Translations under genes and position numbers: made by a program
The notes under the pieces: model-generated
What the model was told of the DNA's origin: nothing
What the model saw: only the letters and a program-made list of their open reading frames with translations
The model's database searches: none
In this document: positions 28,452-38,072 of the stretch, piece by piece
How the letters are laid out: every line of letters starts with the position of its first letter
Position numbering within the stretch: position 1 is the stretch's first letter
DNA from: Candidatus Moraniibacteriota bacterium
GTDB lineage: Bacteria > Patescibacteriota > Minisyncoccia > Moranbacterales > UBA1568
Length of the DNA stretch: 64,000 nt
Direction of reading: 5' to 3'
NCBI GenBank assembly: GCA_963743885.1
Contig: CAVURJ010000002.1
Location: 433,706 to 497,705 of the forward strand

Positions 28452-29294
28452 TCATCCATCGCTGACGGTCAGATCCTGATACGAATCTTCGCGCATGATG
28501 CGTATCCCATTGCGACCACTTCCTTTGGTGGCGTAGAGAGCTGCATCAGCCCGTCTGGTGATGGCCGACAACACCTCGCCCCACTTCCTCTCTTCGAGCG
28601 GGATGATTCCAGATGCGATTCCGATGCTGAGTGTGACGCCGGCGCCGTGCGTCAACTGCTTGATCTCTTCGGAATTCGCGATCGCGTCCAACAGGCAGCG
28701 CTTTCCGTTAGTACAGTCCTCAAGCTTCTTCTTGAGCTCGCTGGCCTGCATCTGCGGCACCATGACCAAAAACTCATCTCCGCCTTGGCGCATGACGATA
28801 TCTATGCCGCGTGGGAAGACAGTCCGCAACACCTCGCCGACTGCTTGGATCACTTTATCGCCAGCCTGATGGCCATGCGAGTCATTGATCTTCTTGAGAT
28901 GATCGACGTCGATGAAGGCAACCGCCACTTTTATTCCTGGGCTCTCTAGCCGCTCCTTCTCGTTGAACTGGCGGAAGATAGCGCTGAGCTCTCGCTTAAG
29001 CGCGTCTTCTCCACCGCGCCGATTGAGGAGTCTGGTAAGCGGGTCGATAACCGCTTGCTCGTTCAGCTGGTAGATTTCTTTCCAGAGCAGAAAGAGCATC
29101 GCTGATGGCAGCAAGAGCTCGATTGTCAGGATAATCACTTCCCATATACCATCAACATCGAACAGTCTTGTTATATGATCAGCGATGATCGGCAGTATGA
29201 CGCAGGCTGCCAATATCTGCATCTTAGCCCGAAGGCTCAGCCGGCTGTTAATCGATTCGATGACATTGAGCACCCTTCTAAGAAGCAGTCTCAC
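28452..29294 (-). CDS. Membrane diguanylate cyclase (GGDEF)
   Basis: 2 TM, DPLTRLLNRR, FIDVDHLKKINDSHGHQAGD, RxxD I-site, intact GGDEF. Confidence 0.9.
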   Translation of the reverse strand: MRLLLRRVLNVIESINSRLSLRAKMQILAACVILPIIADHITRLFDVDGIWEVIILTIELLLPSAMLFLLWKEIYQLNEQAVIDPLTRLLNRRGGEDALKRELSAIFRQFNEKERLESPGIKVAVAFIDVDHLKKINDSHGHQAGDKVIQAVGEVLRTVFPRGIDIVMRQGGDEFLVMVPQMQASELKKKLEDCTNGKRCLLDAIANSEEIKQLTHGAGVTLSIGIASGIIPLEERKWGEVLSAITRRADAALYATKGSGRNGIRIMREDSYQDLTVSDG

Positions 29295-29544
29295 GGATGA
29301 TTCCTCCTACCATGACGTGTTTCATGAGTCCCTCGTTCAGCTTGCGCAACTCGAGGATTTCAGCTTCCAATTTCTTATTGCGACGCATGAGGGCGCGGAG
29401 CGCTTCCTCAAGTACGGCAATCGTCCCCTCAGCATAGAGGTACCGCTTGAGCGTTTCCTTATAGAGGACACGGAAAAGCTGTTTCATCCGCGCTTGGAAA
29501 AGCGCGATTCCAATGATAGTCAAAACAGGATTCTGGAACGGCAT
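29278..29544 (-). CDS. Small hypothetical coiled-coil protein
   Basis: 88 aa, overlaps the DGC start, downstream of a promoter. Confidence 0.5.
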   Translation of the reverse strand: MPFQNPVLTIIGIALFQARMKQLFRVLYKETLKRYLYAEGTIAVLEEALRALMRRNKKLEAEILELRKLNEGLMKHVMVGGIIRETAS

Positions 29545-29601
29545 TTCAGGCTCTCCTTCTAGAAAAAGTCGTTGGATAAATTGTTCAGGTACTATCCATA
29601 T

Positions 29602-29630
29602 ATGATACCACTAAAATAAGATCGTGTCAA
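29602..29630 (-). promoter_or_regulatory. sigma70 promoter
   Basis: TTGACA-17-(TGG)TATCAT. Confidence 0.7.
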
Positions 29631-29733
29631 GGGTGCGGGATGCGGAGCGAATTGCTACAATAAAGATACGTTTTACTAATATGCTATCCCATTTTCACTT
29701 ACTACTTATTACTAGACACTAATCGCTGCCCAT

Positions 29734-30891
29734 ATGCGCATCTCCTACTCGAGCTACGACACATACCGCACGTGTCCGCTCAAATACAAATACCGCGAGA
29801 TCGACCGGATCCCTGAACCGAAATCCAAAGAAGCTGTCTTCGGTACGCTCATCCACGCCGTGCTCAAGTACGTCCACACGCCTTCCCTCCTTCCTCCGAC
29901 GCTCGACCAAGCGCTCGACTATTTCTCCAAAGGCTGGAACAGCGCTGTCTACGAGGAGGAGATGGAGGAACGCGCCGCTTTCACCCAGGGCGTCGAGATC
30001 ATCAGCCGCTACTACGACAAGAATCGCATCGCGGACTACACCATCGTCGACCTGGAAAGCCGCTTCTCGATAGAGATCGGGAACGACGAGACGGGTCGTC
30101 ATACAGTCTCCGGTATCATCGACCGCATCGACAAGACCGCGGATGGCTACGAGATCATCGACTACAAGACCACGCGCAAGATGCCATCGCAGGACAAAGT
30201 AGACCACGACGTCCAGCTCTCCGTCTATCTCAAAGCGTTCCTCGACCGCTATCCCAAAGAAGCTGCCAATCTCGAAAAGATCACCGTCAGCCTCTACTTC
30301 CTGAAACACGGCGTGAAACTCTCCTCGACCCGCACGAAAGAGCAGCTCGACACGATCGAGAATGATTTCCTCGGCGCCATCCGCTCCATCGAAGAAGCGA
30401 AGTTCGACCCGATCCTCTCGCCTCTCTGCGACTGGTGCGGCTACCAGAAGATCTGCCCGCTGTGGAAGCACAAGTTCGCCGAGACAAGGAAGCTCGAGAC
30501 AGAAGACGTCAAGCAGTCTATCGCCGAATACCTCGAGCTCAAGGGCCGAATGAGCGAAGAGAAGCTCCGCCTTGGCAAGCTCCAGGCAATGATCCTCGAC
30601 TACATGGAACAGGAAGGTGTCGATCGCGTCTTCGACAACCAGGGCATCGTCGGCAAATCGAAGCGCACCACATACAAGTATGACGAGGAGAAGCTCCGCG
30701 CCATCCTCGAACCACTCGACAAATGGGAGAGTGTGCTGAAGGTCGATGGCATTGCGCTTCGGAACATCCTTGCCATCCTCCCCTCACCTACTCGGAAAGC
30801 CGCCGAGGAAGCCAAGGAGGTCGACAAGGAAAGCGTCTCCCTCTCGGTCAAGAAACGAACGATCGAGGTAGACGACGAGCTCGCCGCCTAA
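29734..30891 (+). CDS. PD-(D/E)XK RecB/AddB-like nuclease with Fe-S cysteines
   Basis: SYS...CP, GTLIH, GIIDRID, IIDYKT, QLSVY, CDWCGYQKICP. Confidence 0.85.
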   Translation: MRISYSSYDTYRTCPLKYKYREIDRIPEPKSKEAVFGTLIHAVLKYVHTPSLLPPTLDQALDYFSKGWNSAVYEEEMEERAAFTQGVEIISRYYDKNRIADYTIVDLESRFSIEIGNDETGRHTVSGIIDRIDKTADGYEIIDYKTTRKMPSQDKVDHDVQLSVYLKAFLDRYPKEAANLEKITVSLYFLKHGVKLSSTRTKEQLDTIENDFLGAIRSIEEAKFDPILSPLCDWCGYQKICPLWKHKFAETRKLETEDVKQSIAEYLELKGRMSEEKLRLGKLQAMILDYMEQEGVDRVFDNQGIVGKSKRTTYKYDEEKLRAILEPLDKWESVLKVDGIALRNILAILPSPTRKAAEEAKEVDKESVSLSVKKRTIEVDDELAA

Positions 30892-30902
30892 AAAAAGAAC
30901 TA

Positions 30903-30935
30903 TAGAAAAAACCGGCTAGAGGCCGGTTTTTTCTA
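30903..30935. terminator. Bidirectional intrinsic terminator
   Basis: aaaaaaccggc...gccggtttttt between convergent genes. Confidence 0.8.
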
Positions 30936-30948
30936 TTTCAAAATCTCG

Positions 30949-31359
30949 TCACGCAACACCGCCTTTATGGAACAAATCGACGTATTTCTGATCTACGCCA
31001 GTGATATGACCTATCCACCAATCTTCGAGAAAATCCAGTATCTCATATGGAAGCAGTTTTTCCCCATCCTTATATTCCAAGACGAATCCCATGATCTTTT
31101 CCCGGTATAGCTCGTGCGTCTTGATGTGTGATTCCTTCTCCGGATACTCCAACTTTTCAAAATATGCTTCCTCTGTAGAAAAATGGTAATCAGCATAGTC
31201 AACCAGCTCTCCAAGCACCCTCTTCAAGACTTCTTTGTCAGAATTCTCCATCGCATGGAATAAATCATTGATGATAGAGAACATCTTCTTATGCTGACTA
31301 TCTATTTCCTCGATGCCGAGATTATATTCCTCTTTCCACGCGATGAGACTCATACGCAT
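30949..31359 (-). CDS. Bacteriohemerythrin
   Basis: W...IDSQH, HFSTEE, HIKTH, HITGVD. Confidence 0.9.
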   Translation of the reverse strand: MRMSLIAWKEEYNLGIEEIDSQHKKMFSIINDLFHAMENSDKEVLKRVLGELVDYADYHFSTEEAYFEKLEYPEKESHIKTHELYREKIMGFVLEYKDGEKLLPYEILDFLEDWWIGHITGVDQKYVDLFHKGGVA

Positions 31360-31557
31360 TGATGATAGATTACACTACTTCTAGTCTATAACCAAATATC
31401 TGATACTGCAATATGCTTTCATTACTCTGTCAATAGCGTACATGACCCATCTGATCCCGCATGATCCCATCCCCTTGACGGGGTTTTCTGTCCCTGCTAC
31501 TATACCTATACCATAGGTATACGTATTAAACATTGTAACAAGCTAACGGACACATGT

Positions 31558-31839
31558 ATGGGTACGACAGAACAGAAGAACAAGGTAGCAATCGCGCTCC
31601 GCAAGGCCAAGACGAGCCTGGAAAAGATCCTCGATCGGATCGAACAGGATGATGCCGAGTGCTTCCCGGCCATGCAGCAGACGCTCGCCGTCATCGGCCT
31701 CCTCAAGTCAGCCAACGCCCTCATGCTCGAGAGTCATATCGAACGCGAGATGGACCGCCTGCCTGGCGGCTCCAGCAAACGCGCAACCGAACTCCGTTCG
31801 GAGATCCTGCGTGTCGTGAAGACGCTCCAGAACAAATGA
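31558..31839 (+). CDS. CsoR/RcnR-family repressor
   Basis: ECFPAMQQTLAVIGLLKSAN..MLESH; upstream of an efflux operon. Confidence 0.75.
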   Translation: MGTTEQKNKVAIALRKAKTSLEKILDRIEQDDAECFPAMQQTLAVIGLLKSANALMLESHIEREMDRLPGGSSKRATELRSEILRVVKTLQNK

Positions 31840-31865
31840 TCCCTAGTATTAATCGTATCCCCTCT

Positions 31866-32987
31866 ATGAAAAAGGGTATTTTCGCTGTTGTCGGCATCAT
31901 AGCCATCGCTGCCGCCTGGTACGTTTTCGCAGACAAGCATGCGAGCCAGGAGAACGATCCAGAAAAAAAGATCGTGAAGACAGCTCTCATCTCCCCCATC
32001 CCCTTCCAGGAGACCGCTATGTTCTCCGGATTCGTCCGCGGGGAGCGCCAAGCCGACATTGCTGCGAAGACCGGCGGCTACCTCGTCCGCCTCACCAAGG
32101 ATGAAGGAGACCGCGTCAATCGCGGTGAGACGCTCGCCATTATCGATGGCAGTGAGCTTTCAGCTGCGAGACAGAGCGCGCTCCTCTCGCTCCAGTCCAC
32201 TGACAAGGCCATCCGCGCCGCCGAAGAATATTATGATCAGAAAGTAGACGAAGCCAAGACCGCCTATGACAACGCGTCGGGCTCGAACGAACGCGACAGC
32301 GCCGAAGAAGCACTGAAGAGCGCCAAGCGTCTACGCGATGCCGAGCTCGCCTCGCTCAAATCACAAAAAGCCGGAGTAGAGGGCTCAGTCCTCGTAAGCG
32401 AGGCGAGTGCCGGAAACCTCGTCATACGCGCGCCCTGGAGCGGCATCGTGACCATGAAGCATGCCTCGCTCGGATCATTCGTCCAGCCCGGCACTTCGAT
32501 CTATTCCATCGCGTCCCCGGAATCGATAGAGATCGCCGTAGCACTTCCAGAATCAATCGCCTCCCGCATTATACGAGGTGCTGTCGTCTCCGTCTCGGAT
32601 AGCCGCGGCGGCCGCGCCGAAGGAACGATAGCCGCTCTCGCGACAGCAGCCAGTGAATCTTCGCAGCGCGCGACAGCCCGCATCCGCTTCACGAACCTCC
32701 CGGAAGGCTTCCGTATCGGCCAGCATGTCCGCGTCTCCTTTCCCGTCGGATCACCAAGAGACGCCTTACTCGTACCAGAACAGGCTATCATCGCCCTGTA
32801 TGATAACTTCTTTATCTACACGGCTGAAGATGGCCGCGCCGTACGCCATACCGTCACGCTCGGCGCCCCAGCAGATGGAGGACGCCGCGAGATCCTCTCA
32901 GGCCTCCAGGGCGATGCCTCCATCATCATAGAAGGCGCTCATGCCGTCCGCGATCAGCAGCCTATCGAAGAATCCTATGCAGACTAA
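31866..32987 (+). CDS. RND efflux membrane fusion (adaptor) protein
   Basis: Lipoyl halves DEGDRVNRGETLA / IRAPWSGIV, LLVPEQAI. Confidence 0.9.
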   Translation: MKKGIFAVVGIIAIAAAWYVFADKHASQENDPEKKIVKTALISPIPFQETAMFSGFVRGERQADIAAKTGGYLVRLTKDEGDRVNRGETLAIIDGSELSAARQSALLSLQSTDKAIRAAEEYYDQKVDEAKTAYDNASGSNERDSAEEALKSAKRLRDAELASLKSQKAGVEGSVLVSEASAGNLVIRAPWSGIVTMKHASLGSFVQPGTSIYSIASPESIEIAVALPESIASRIIRGAVVSVSDSRGGRAEGTIAALATAASESSQRATARIRFTNLPEGFRIGQHVRVSFPVGSPRDALLVPEQAIIALYDNFFIYTAEDGRAVRHTVTLGAPADGGRREILSGLQGDASIIIEGAHAVRDQQPIEESYAD

Positions 32988-35900
32988 CCCGCTCGGACCA
33001 GCCGGCCGCATCGTCGGAGTCTTCCTCCGCAATCGCGAGCTTTCCGTCCTCACCATCATCGTACTCGCGGCCTGGGGCATCCTCTCATTCGTCCTCATGC
33101 CCAAGCAGTACAATCCCGAAATCGTCGCACCGGCCTTCCTTGTGACGACCGATTTTCCTGGCGCCTCCGCCTCAGAGGTTCATGAACTCATCACCCGTCC
33201 CATGGAGGACAAGCTCTCCGAGCTGCCGGATGTCGACGAGATATCATCGCAGAGTTTCCCTGGTGGCCGAAGCATGGTCACCGTCAAATTCTATGTCGGA
33301 TCAGATCGTGAAGCAGCCAAGGTCACGCTCAATCAGAAGCTTCGCGACAACATCGCAGAAAAGCCGAAGGCAGCGAACGAGCCGGTGATCCAGTCCATCG
33401 ATCCGGACGATGTGCCGATCCTCGACATCGGGCTTTCCTCCCCCGCCCTTTCTGAGAGCTCGCTCCGCAAGCTCGCCTTCGATGCGGCTGACGACCTCAA
33501 GCTCGCCACTGGCATCTCCAAAGTCGAGATCAAGGGTGGCCGCACCAATCATCTCGAGGTGACTCTCGACGGCTCGCTCCTCGCAGCCCGCGGTCTCTCA
33601 GTGGATGAAGCTATCGCTGCCATCTCTGGAGCAAACGACGTCTATACTTCCGACACGCTCCGTTCCGACAGCCGCCATACGACTGTCAACGTCATCGGCG
33701 CCATCACGGATGCCGATGCTCTCAGCGATATCGTCATCCGTCATGAAGGAAGCGATATCGTTCGTTTACGCGATATCGGAACAGTCTCCTATGGCCCTGG
33801 CGAGATCACCAACTACGTCCGCAAGACCAGCGCAGATGAAACATCGACCCCAGTCGTCCATATCGCCCTCTCCAAGCTGAAGGGCGCCAATTCGACCGAT
33901 GTCGCTTCTGGAGCGCTCGCGCGCCTCGAAGCGCTCAAAGGGAATCTCATCCCGTCTGATACAGAAGTCACTCTCTTAAACGATGAGGGCAAGACCGCGA
34001 GCGACGAAATTGGCAAGCTCACCTTCGACCTCGCGAAATCCATCGCGATCGTCGGCGTACTCCTGTATTTCTTCCTCGGATTCAAAAATTCCCTCATTGC
34101 CTCGATCTCGATCCCGCTCGTGCTCCTCGCCGTCTTCGGGACGGGCCTCCTCTTCGGCCAGACCGTGAACCGCATCACGCTCTTCGCGCTCATCCTCTCG
34201 CTTGGTCTCCTGGTCGATGACGCGATCGTGGTCGTCGAGAACATCGCCCGATACTTCCGCCTCTATCCGGACGAAAAGCGTCTCACGCTCGTTATCCGGG
34301 CCGTAGACGAAGTCGGCGGTGCACTCGCCCTCTCAACCTTCACCATGGCGCTCGCCTTTGTCCCGATGGCCTTCGTCGGCGGTATGATGGGTCCATATAT
34401 GGGGCCGATTCCGTTCTTCGTCCCAGTGGCGCTCTTCGCGTCACTCATCTTCGCTGTGACCATCAATCCTTTCCTCGCCTATATCTTCGCCAAGGGCAGT
34501 CTCGGAAAAAAAGATGAGCATGCATACGAATTAGGCTTCTTCTACCGTCTCATCAAGCGGATAGAAGCCCGCTATGCCACATTCCTCTCCTCGCTCATCG
34601 CGGGAGAGCAGAGGCGCCGCCGCTTCCTCATCGGTACCTTCGCTATACTTGTCCTCTCGCTCATCCTGGTCGTAACGCCACTCGTTCCCTTCCGCATGCT
34701 ACCAAAGGCTGACAAGGACCAGTTCTATGCCTATCTCGACCTGCCAGATGGTGCCTCCATCGAACGGACCGATGCCATCGCAAAAGCCCTCGAACACGAA
34801 ATGCTCGCTGAGGATGGCATCGAAAGCGTCGAAAGCTTCGTGGGAGAATCGCAGGTCATCGACTTCAACGGCCTCTTCAAAGGAAGCTCCAGTCGTGTCC
34901 TTGAAAGCCAAGCGACTATCAAAGCACACCTCATACGTCATACGGAACGCGACCTGACCTCCGAGGAGATTGCTACATCACTTCGGCATCATCTCGACGC
35001 CTTTATTGCTGAGCATCCGGATGCGACGATCCGCCTCGTCGAAGACCCGCCCGGACCACCTGTCCTCGCGACTTTTCTCCTCAAGGTAAAAAGCAGCGAC
35101 GACACTCTGCGTGAACAGATTGTCCGCGACCTCGAGCCTTTGGTCCGCGCGACCCGCGGCATCGTCGACATCGATACCTCGCTCCCCGAGCGCGGCATGC
35201 AGCTCGGCTATCGAATCGACCAGGAAAAAGCCGGACTCCTCGGCATCGCGCCGCGAGAGATCGTCTCAGCACTCCATACCGCCCTCTCGGGATCATCGGT
35301 CGGTCTCTACCATGCCTCCCTACGTCCAGATCTCCGCAAGCCGGAGCAAGAGCATATCATTGTCCGCTTCTCCAAAGAAAGCCGCGACGATGAACGCGAC
35401 CTCTCACTCATCACGCTCGCTGGAACACAGGGCATCCGTATCCCGCTCACCGAGGTCCTCATCCCAACAGACGAGACCATTGATACGCCCATCGCTTCCG
35501 ATGAACGGCAGCGGACCAGTTACCTCTCTGGTGAGATGGAAGGACGGAGTGTCATCTACGCCGTCATTGACCTCTTTCCCGCGCTTCTCGACTACCGCCT
35601 CCCGGACGGGACCGGCGAGCGCACCTCCTGGTCACTCCTTGGTACCTCCTACGAGGATCCTGTGACACACGCTACCGCCTCCATCGAGATCGGCGGCGAG
35701 TGGGATCTGACGCTCGAAGTCTTCCGCGACCTCGGGATCGCCATGGGCCTCGCGATCTTCCTCATCTACTTCGTCCTCTCCGCCAAGACGGAATCGCTCT
35801 TCATTCCACTCCTCATCATGGTCAGCATCCCGCTCTCCTTGATCGGTGTCCTTCCAGGCTTCGCCATCCTCCAGGCGGTCAAAGGCACGTACTTCAACGC

Positions 35901-36237
35901 GACCTCCATGATCGGCGTCATCGCTCTGGCCGGTCTCGCGGTCAAGAACGCTGTCATCTACCTCGAATACCTTGAGCCGCTCAAGAAAGCCGGCAAACCG
36001 ATCGAAGAAGCGCTCGTCGAAGCGGGCCGCATCCGTCTCCTCCCTATCGTCCTCACATCCCTCGCTGCCATCCTCGGCTCGCTCACCATCGTTAGCGACC
36101 CGGTCTGGGAAGGCCTGGGTTGGTCGATCATCTTCGGCCTCACTGCCTCGACCGTGCTGACTCTCGTCGTCTTCCCGCTCGTCTACTACGTCTTCGAAAA
36201 GGATTCATGGTACCATACAGAAAGAGAACATCACTAA
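32977..36237 (+). CDS. RND efflux permease (AcrB/CusA family)
   Basis: About 1086 aa; GLLVDDAIVVVENI, RLLPIVLTS. Confidence 0.95.
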   Translation: MQTNPLGPAGRIVGVFLRNRELSVLTIIVLAAWGILSFVLMPKQYNPEIVAPAFLVTTDFPGASASEVHELITRPMEDKLSELPDVDEISSQSFPGGRSMVTVKFYVGSDREAAKVTLNQKLRDNIAEKPKAANEPVIQSIDPDDVPILDIGLSSPALSESSLRKLAFDAADDLKLATGISKVEIKGGRTNHLEVTLDGSLLAARGLSVDEAIAAISGANDVYTSDTLRSDSRHTTVNVIGAITDADALSDIVIRHEGSDIVRLRDIGTVSYGPGEITNYVRKTSADETSTPVVHIALSKLKGANSTDVASGALARLEALKGNLIPSDTEVTLLNDEGKTASDEIGKLTFDLAKSIAIVGVLLYFFLGFKNSLIASISIPLVLLAVFGTGLLFGQTVNRITLFALILSLGLLVDDAIVVVENIARYFRLYPDEKRLTLVIRAVDEVGGALALSTFTMALAFVPMAFVGGMMGPYMGPIPFFVPVALFASLIFAVTINPFLAYIFAKGSLGKKDEHAYELGFFYRLIKRIEARYATFLSSLIAGEQRRRRFLIGTFAILVLSLILVVTPLVPFRMLPKADKDQFYAYLDLPDGASIERTDAIAKALEHEMLAEDGIESVESFVGESQVIDFNGLFKGSSSRVLESQATIKAHLIRHTERDLTSEEIATSLRHHLDAFIAEHPDATIRLVEDPPGPPVLATFLLKVKSSDDTLREQIVRDLEPLVRATRGIVDIDTSLPERGMQLGYRIDQEKAGLLGIAPREIVSALHTALSGSSVGLYHASLRPDLRKPEQEHIIVRFSKESRDDERDLSLITLAGTQGIRIPLTEVLIPTDETIDTPIASDERQRTSYLSGEMEGRSVIYAVIDLFPALLDYRLPDGTGERTSWSLLGTSYEDPVTHATASIEIGGEWDLTLEVFRDLGIAMGLAIFLIYFVLSAKTESLFIPLLIMVSIPLSLIGVLPGFAILQAVKGTYFNATSMIGVIALAGLAVKNAVIYLEYLEPLKKAGKPIEEALVEAGRIRLLPIVLTSLAAILGSLTIVSDPVWEGLGWSIIFGLTASTVLTLVVFPLVYYVFEKDSWYHTEREHH

Positions 36238-36266
36238 ACTTTAAGAGAATTACTAACAAAAACCCT

Positions 36267-36479
36267 ATGCTCTATCGCATGGATACCTCGAGCTGGTCAG
36301 TCGAACGCGCCATGTTCGCCTTCGGCGGATCACTCGCTCTCACCTTCGCGCTCCTCGCTCTCTTCGTCCATCCTAGCTTCGCCTGGGGATCAGCATTCGT
36401 CGGCGCGATGTGCGTCAATTTTGCCATCACAGGCTGGTGTCCTGGTGCTATCATCGCCGCCAAACTCATGGGCAAATGA
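36267..36479 (+). CDS. DUF2892/YgaP-like membrane protein
   Basis: VERAM...FVGAM...AITGWCPG. Confidence 0.8.
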   Translation: MLYRMDTSSWSVERAMFAFGGSLALTFALLALFVHPSFAWGSAFVGAMCVNFAITGWCPGAIIAAKLMGK

Positions 36480-36561
36480 CAAAAAAGCTCCCGATACGGT
36501 GGCTTTTTCTTTCTCTGAGCAGATGTTTGGCAGCTCCCCAGACCAGTGCTACACTGTAGTT

Positions 36562-36770
36562 GAAAGCCTTCAGAATGGAGAGTGAAGGGCCTCCCTCGAG
36601 AATCTCTTCCGTTGCGAAGACTCAGTATTGCGAGCGAAAAACATAAAGGATGAGGATGGCTATATGAAAATATAACCAGACGAATCGTGAATGTTTTGCA
36701 GCCGCAATACTGAGTCTGCAGCAGGATATGGATTCTAGAGGGAGGCCCCGAATTGAGACCCACCTGGATT
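36562..36770 (+). ncRNA. ssrS: 6S RNA candidate
   Basis: Promoter TTGGCA-17-TACACT; long rod gggcctccctc-gagaatc/gattcta-gagggaggccc, a central bubble, and agactcagtattgcg/cgcaatactgagtct. Confidence 0.55.
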
Positions 36771-36865
36771 ATCAGGGAAAAATGTAATTTTTTCCGTTAC
36801 TCATTTTCATGGGACTCAGCCGCCCTCCTGCATTGAAGGCTTTTACCTTAGCTGACACAAAGATT

Positions 36866-37144
36866 ATGGAACAGAAACAATTCGAACTTGATTTGAACCC
36901 AAGGCAAAATATTCAGGAAACACCAAAAGAGGCATTAGCAGAAGGTCAGCCAGCGCTCGAGAATCGCGGATATAACGAACTTGAGATACTCTATCGAAAG
37001 AAAATCGGTGTCAGTCATCGCGGCCTCAACCGCGGCGAACTCATCAGCAGTATCCAGGATCCAGAGACGGAGAAAGCTCGGCTCAAGGAAATCGACGACG
37101 AAGATGATCACGCTGAGCGTTCTTCCAGTCGCGCCGGCAGATAG
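36866..37144 (+). CDS. Hypothetical protein
   Basis: 92 aa, followed by a terminator. Confidence 0.55.
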   Translation: MEQKQFELDLNPRQNIQETPKEALAEGQPALENRGYNELEILYRKKIGVSHRGLNRGELISSIQDPETEKARLKEIDDEDDHAERSSSRAGR

Positions 37145-37159
37145 TCCAACCGAATACAA

Positions 37160-37186
37160 CAAAACCGGCTCATGGCCGGTTTTTTA
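37160..37186. terminator. Bidirectional terminator
   Basis: aaaaccggc-tcatg-gccggtttttt. Confidence 0.75.
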
Positions 37187-37250
37187 ATGCTTAAAAGAAA
37201 AGGCCTGTCGACAACGCGTGTCAACAAGCCTTCGTTTCGGACGGAAAACC

Positions 37251-37589
37251 CTAGGAGCCCATCACCGGTACCGGACGCTGAAGCGGCCGATCTTCGCTCA
37301 AGCGAATCATTCCCTTCGCTACCCGATACAGTTCCCAGCACCAGACAACGAAGAGGATGACGAACCCGATGAGGACGACTGATGTGATGAATCCAACCAC
37401 ATACCACAGCAGCGACCACCAGAAGGTCCGAATCTGCCAGCTGAAATGGCTGGCCAGGACAGGATCATCTTGGACATCATCCCTCTTTACGTAATTGAAG
37501 ATGACCCCAAGGATGGCGGTCAGCCCCACAAAAAGACTGGCTGCTTGCAGGAAGTAAACCACCCACGTCCACTGCTTATTCGTGAACAT
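37251..37589 (-). CDS. DUF4870-like membrane protein
   Basis: ILGVIFNYVKR...SHFSWQIRTFW...YRVAKGMIRL. Confidence 0.75.
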   Translation of the reverse strand: MFTNKQWTWVVYFLQAASLFVGLTAILGVIFNYVKRDDVQDDPVLASHFSWQIRTFWWSLLWYVVGFITSVVLIGFVILFVVWCWELYRVAKGMIRLSEDRPLQRPVPVMGS

Positions 37590-37784
37590 TTTCAATCTCC
37601 CATTCATGGTTGAAAAGAGCTTCTTCAGCATCAATGCTGAAGAAATATTATAGCGCACTTTCATTATTTTGTCAACAATAATAAAGAAATAGTTTTTCCA
37701 TTCCTCTTGATAAGAATCCTGATTTTTGATACACTGTTTCCACGAGTCGCTTGATGGCTTTTTTTATTGGTCTAAAGCGGATTT

Positions 37785-37856
37785 TGGGGAGTAGCCAAGC
37801 GGTAAGGCAGTGGGTTCTGGTCCCACCATGCGAAGGTTCGATCCCTTCCTCCCCAG
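37785..37856 (+). tRNA. tRNA-Gln(CTG)
   Basis: TGGGGAG/CTCCCCA acceptor, anticodon loop ttCTGgt, GGTTCGATCC; no encoded CCA. Confidence 0.95.
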
Positions 37857-38072
37857 CATATATAAAGCAACAAAACCGTCTGAAAAGGCGGTTTTTTCAT
37901 TCCTCAAATCCCCCCTTTCTATCATTGACAAAATAGCTTTTTTGCGCTATACTATACAGTTCGTACTTGATTCCGGCTACGCCGAGCAAATACGGATATA
38001 GTAGTTTCACAATTCCGCAACACCACCCTAAAGAAGGGGCTTTTCCTCCTTCTCTTCACGAAAGGAATCACC

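Noticed and set aside
29734-30891. Cas4 / CRISPR-Cas locus
   Set aside because: Stand-alone RecB-like nuclease; no array, cas1 or effector genes nearby.
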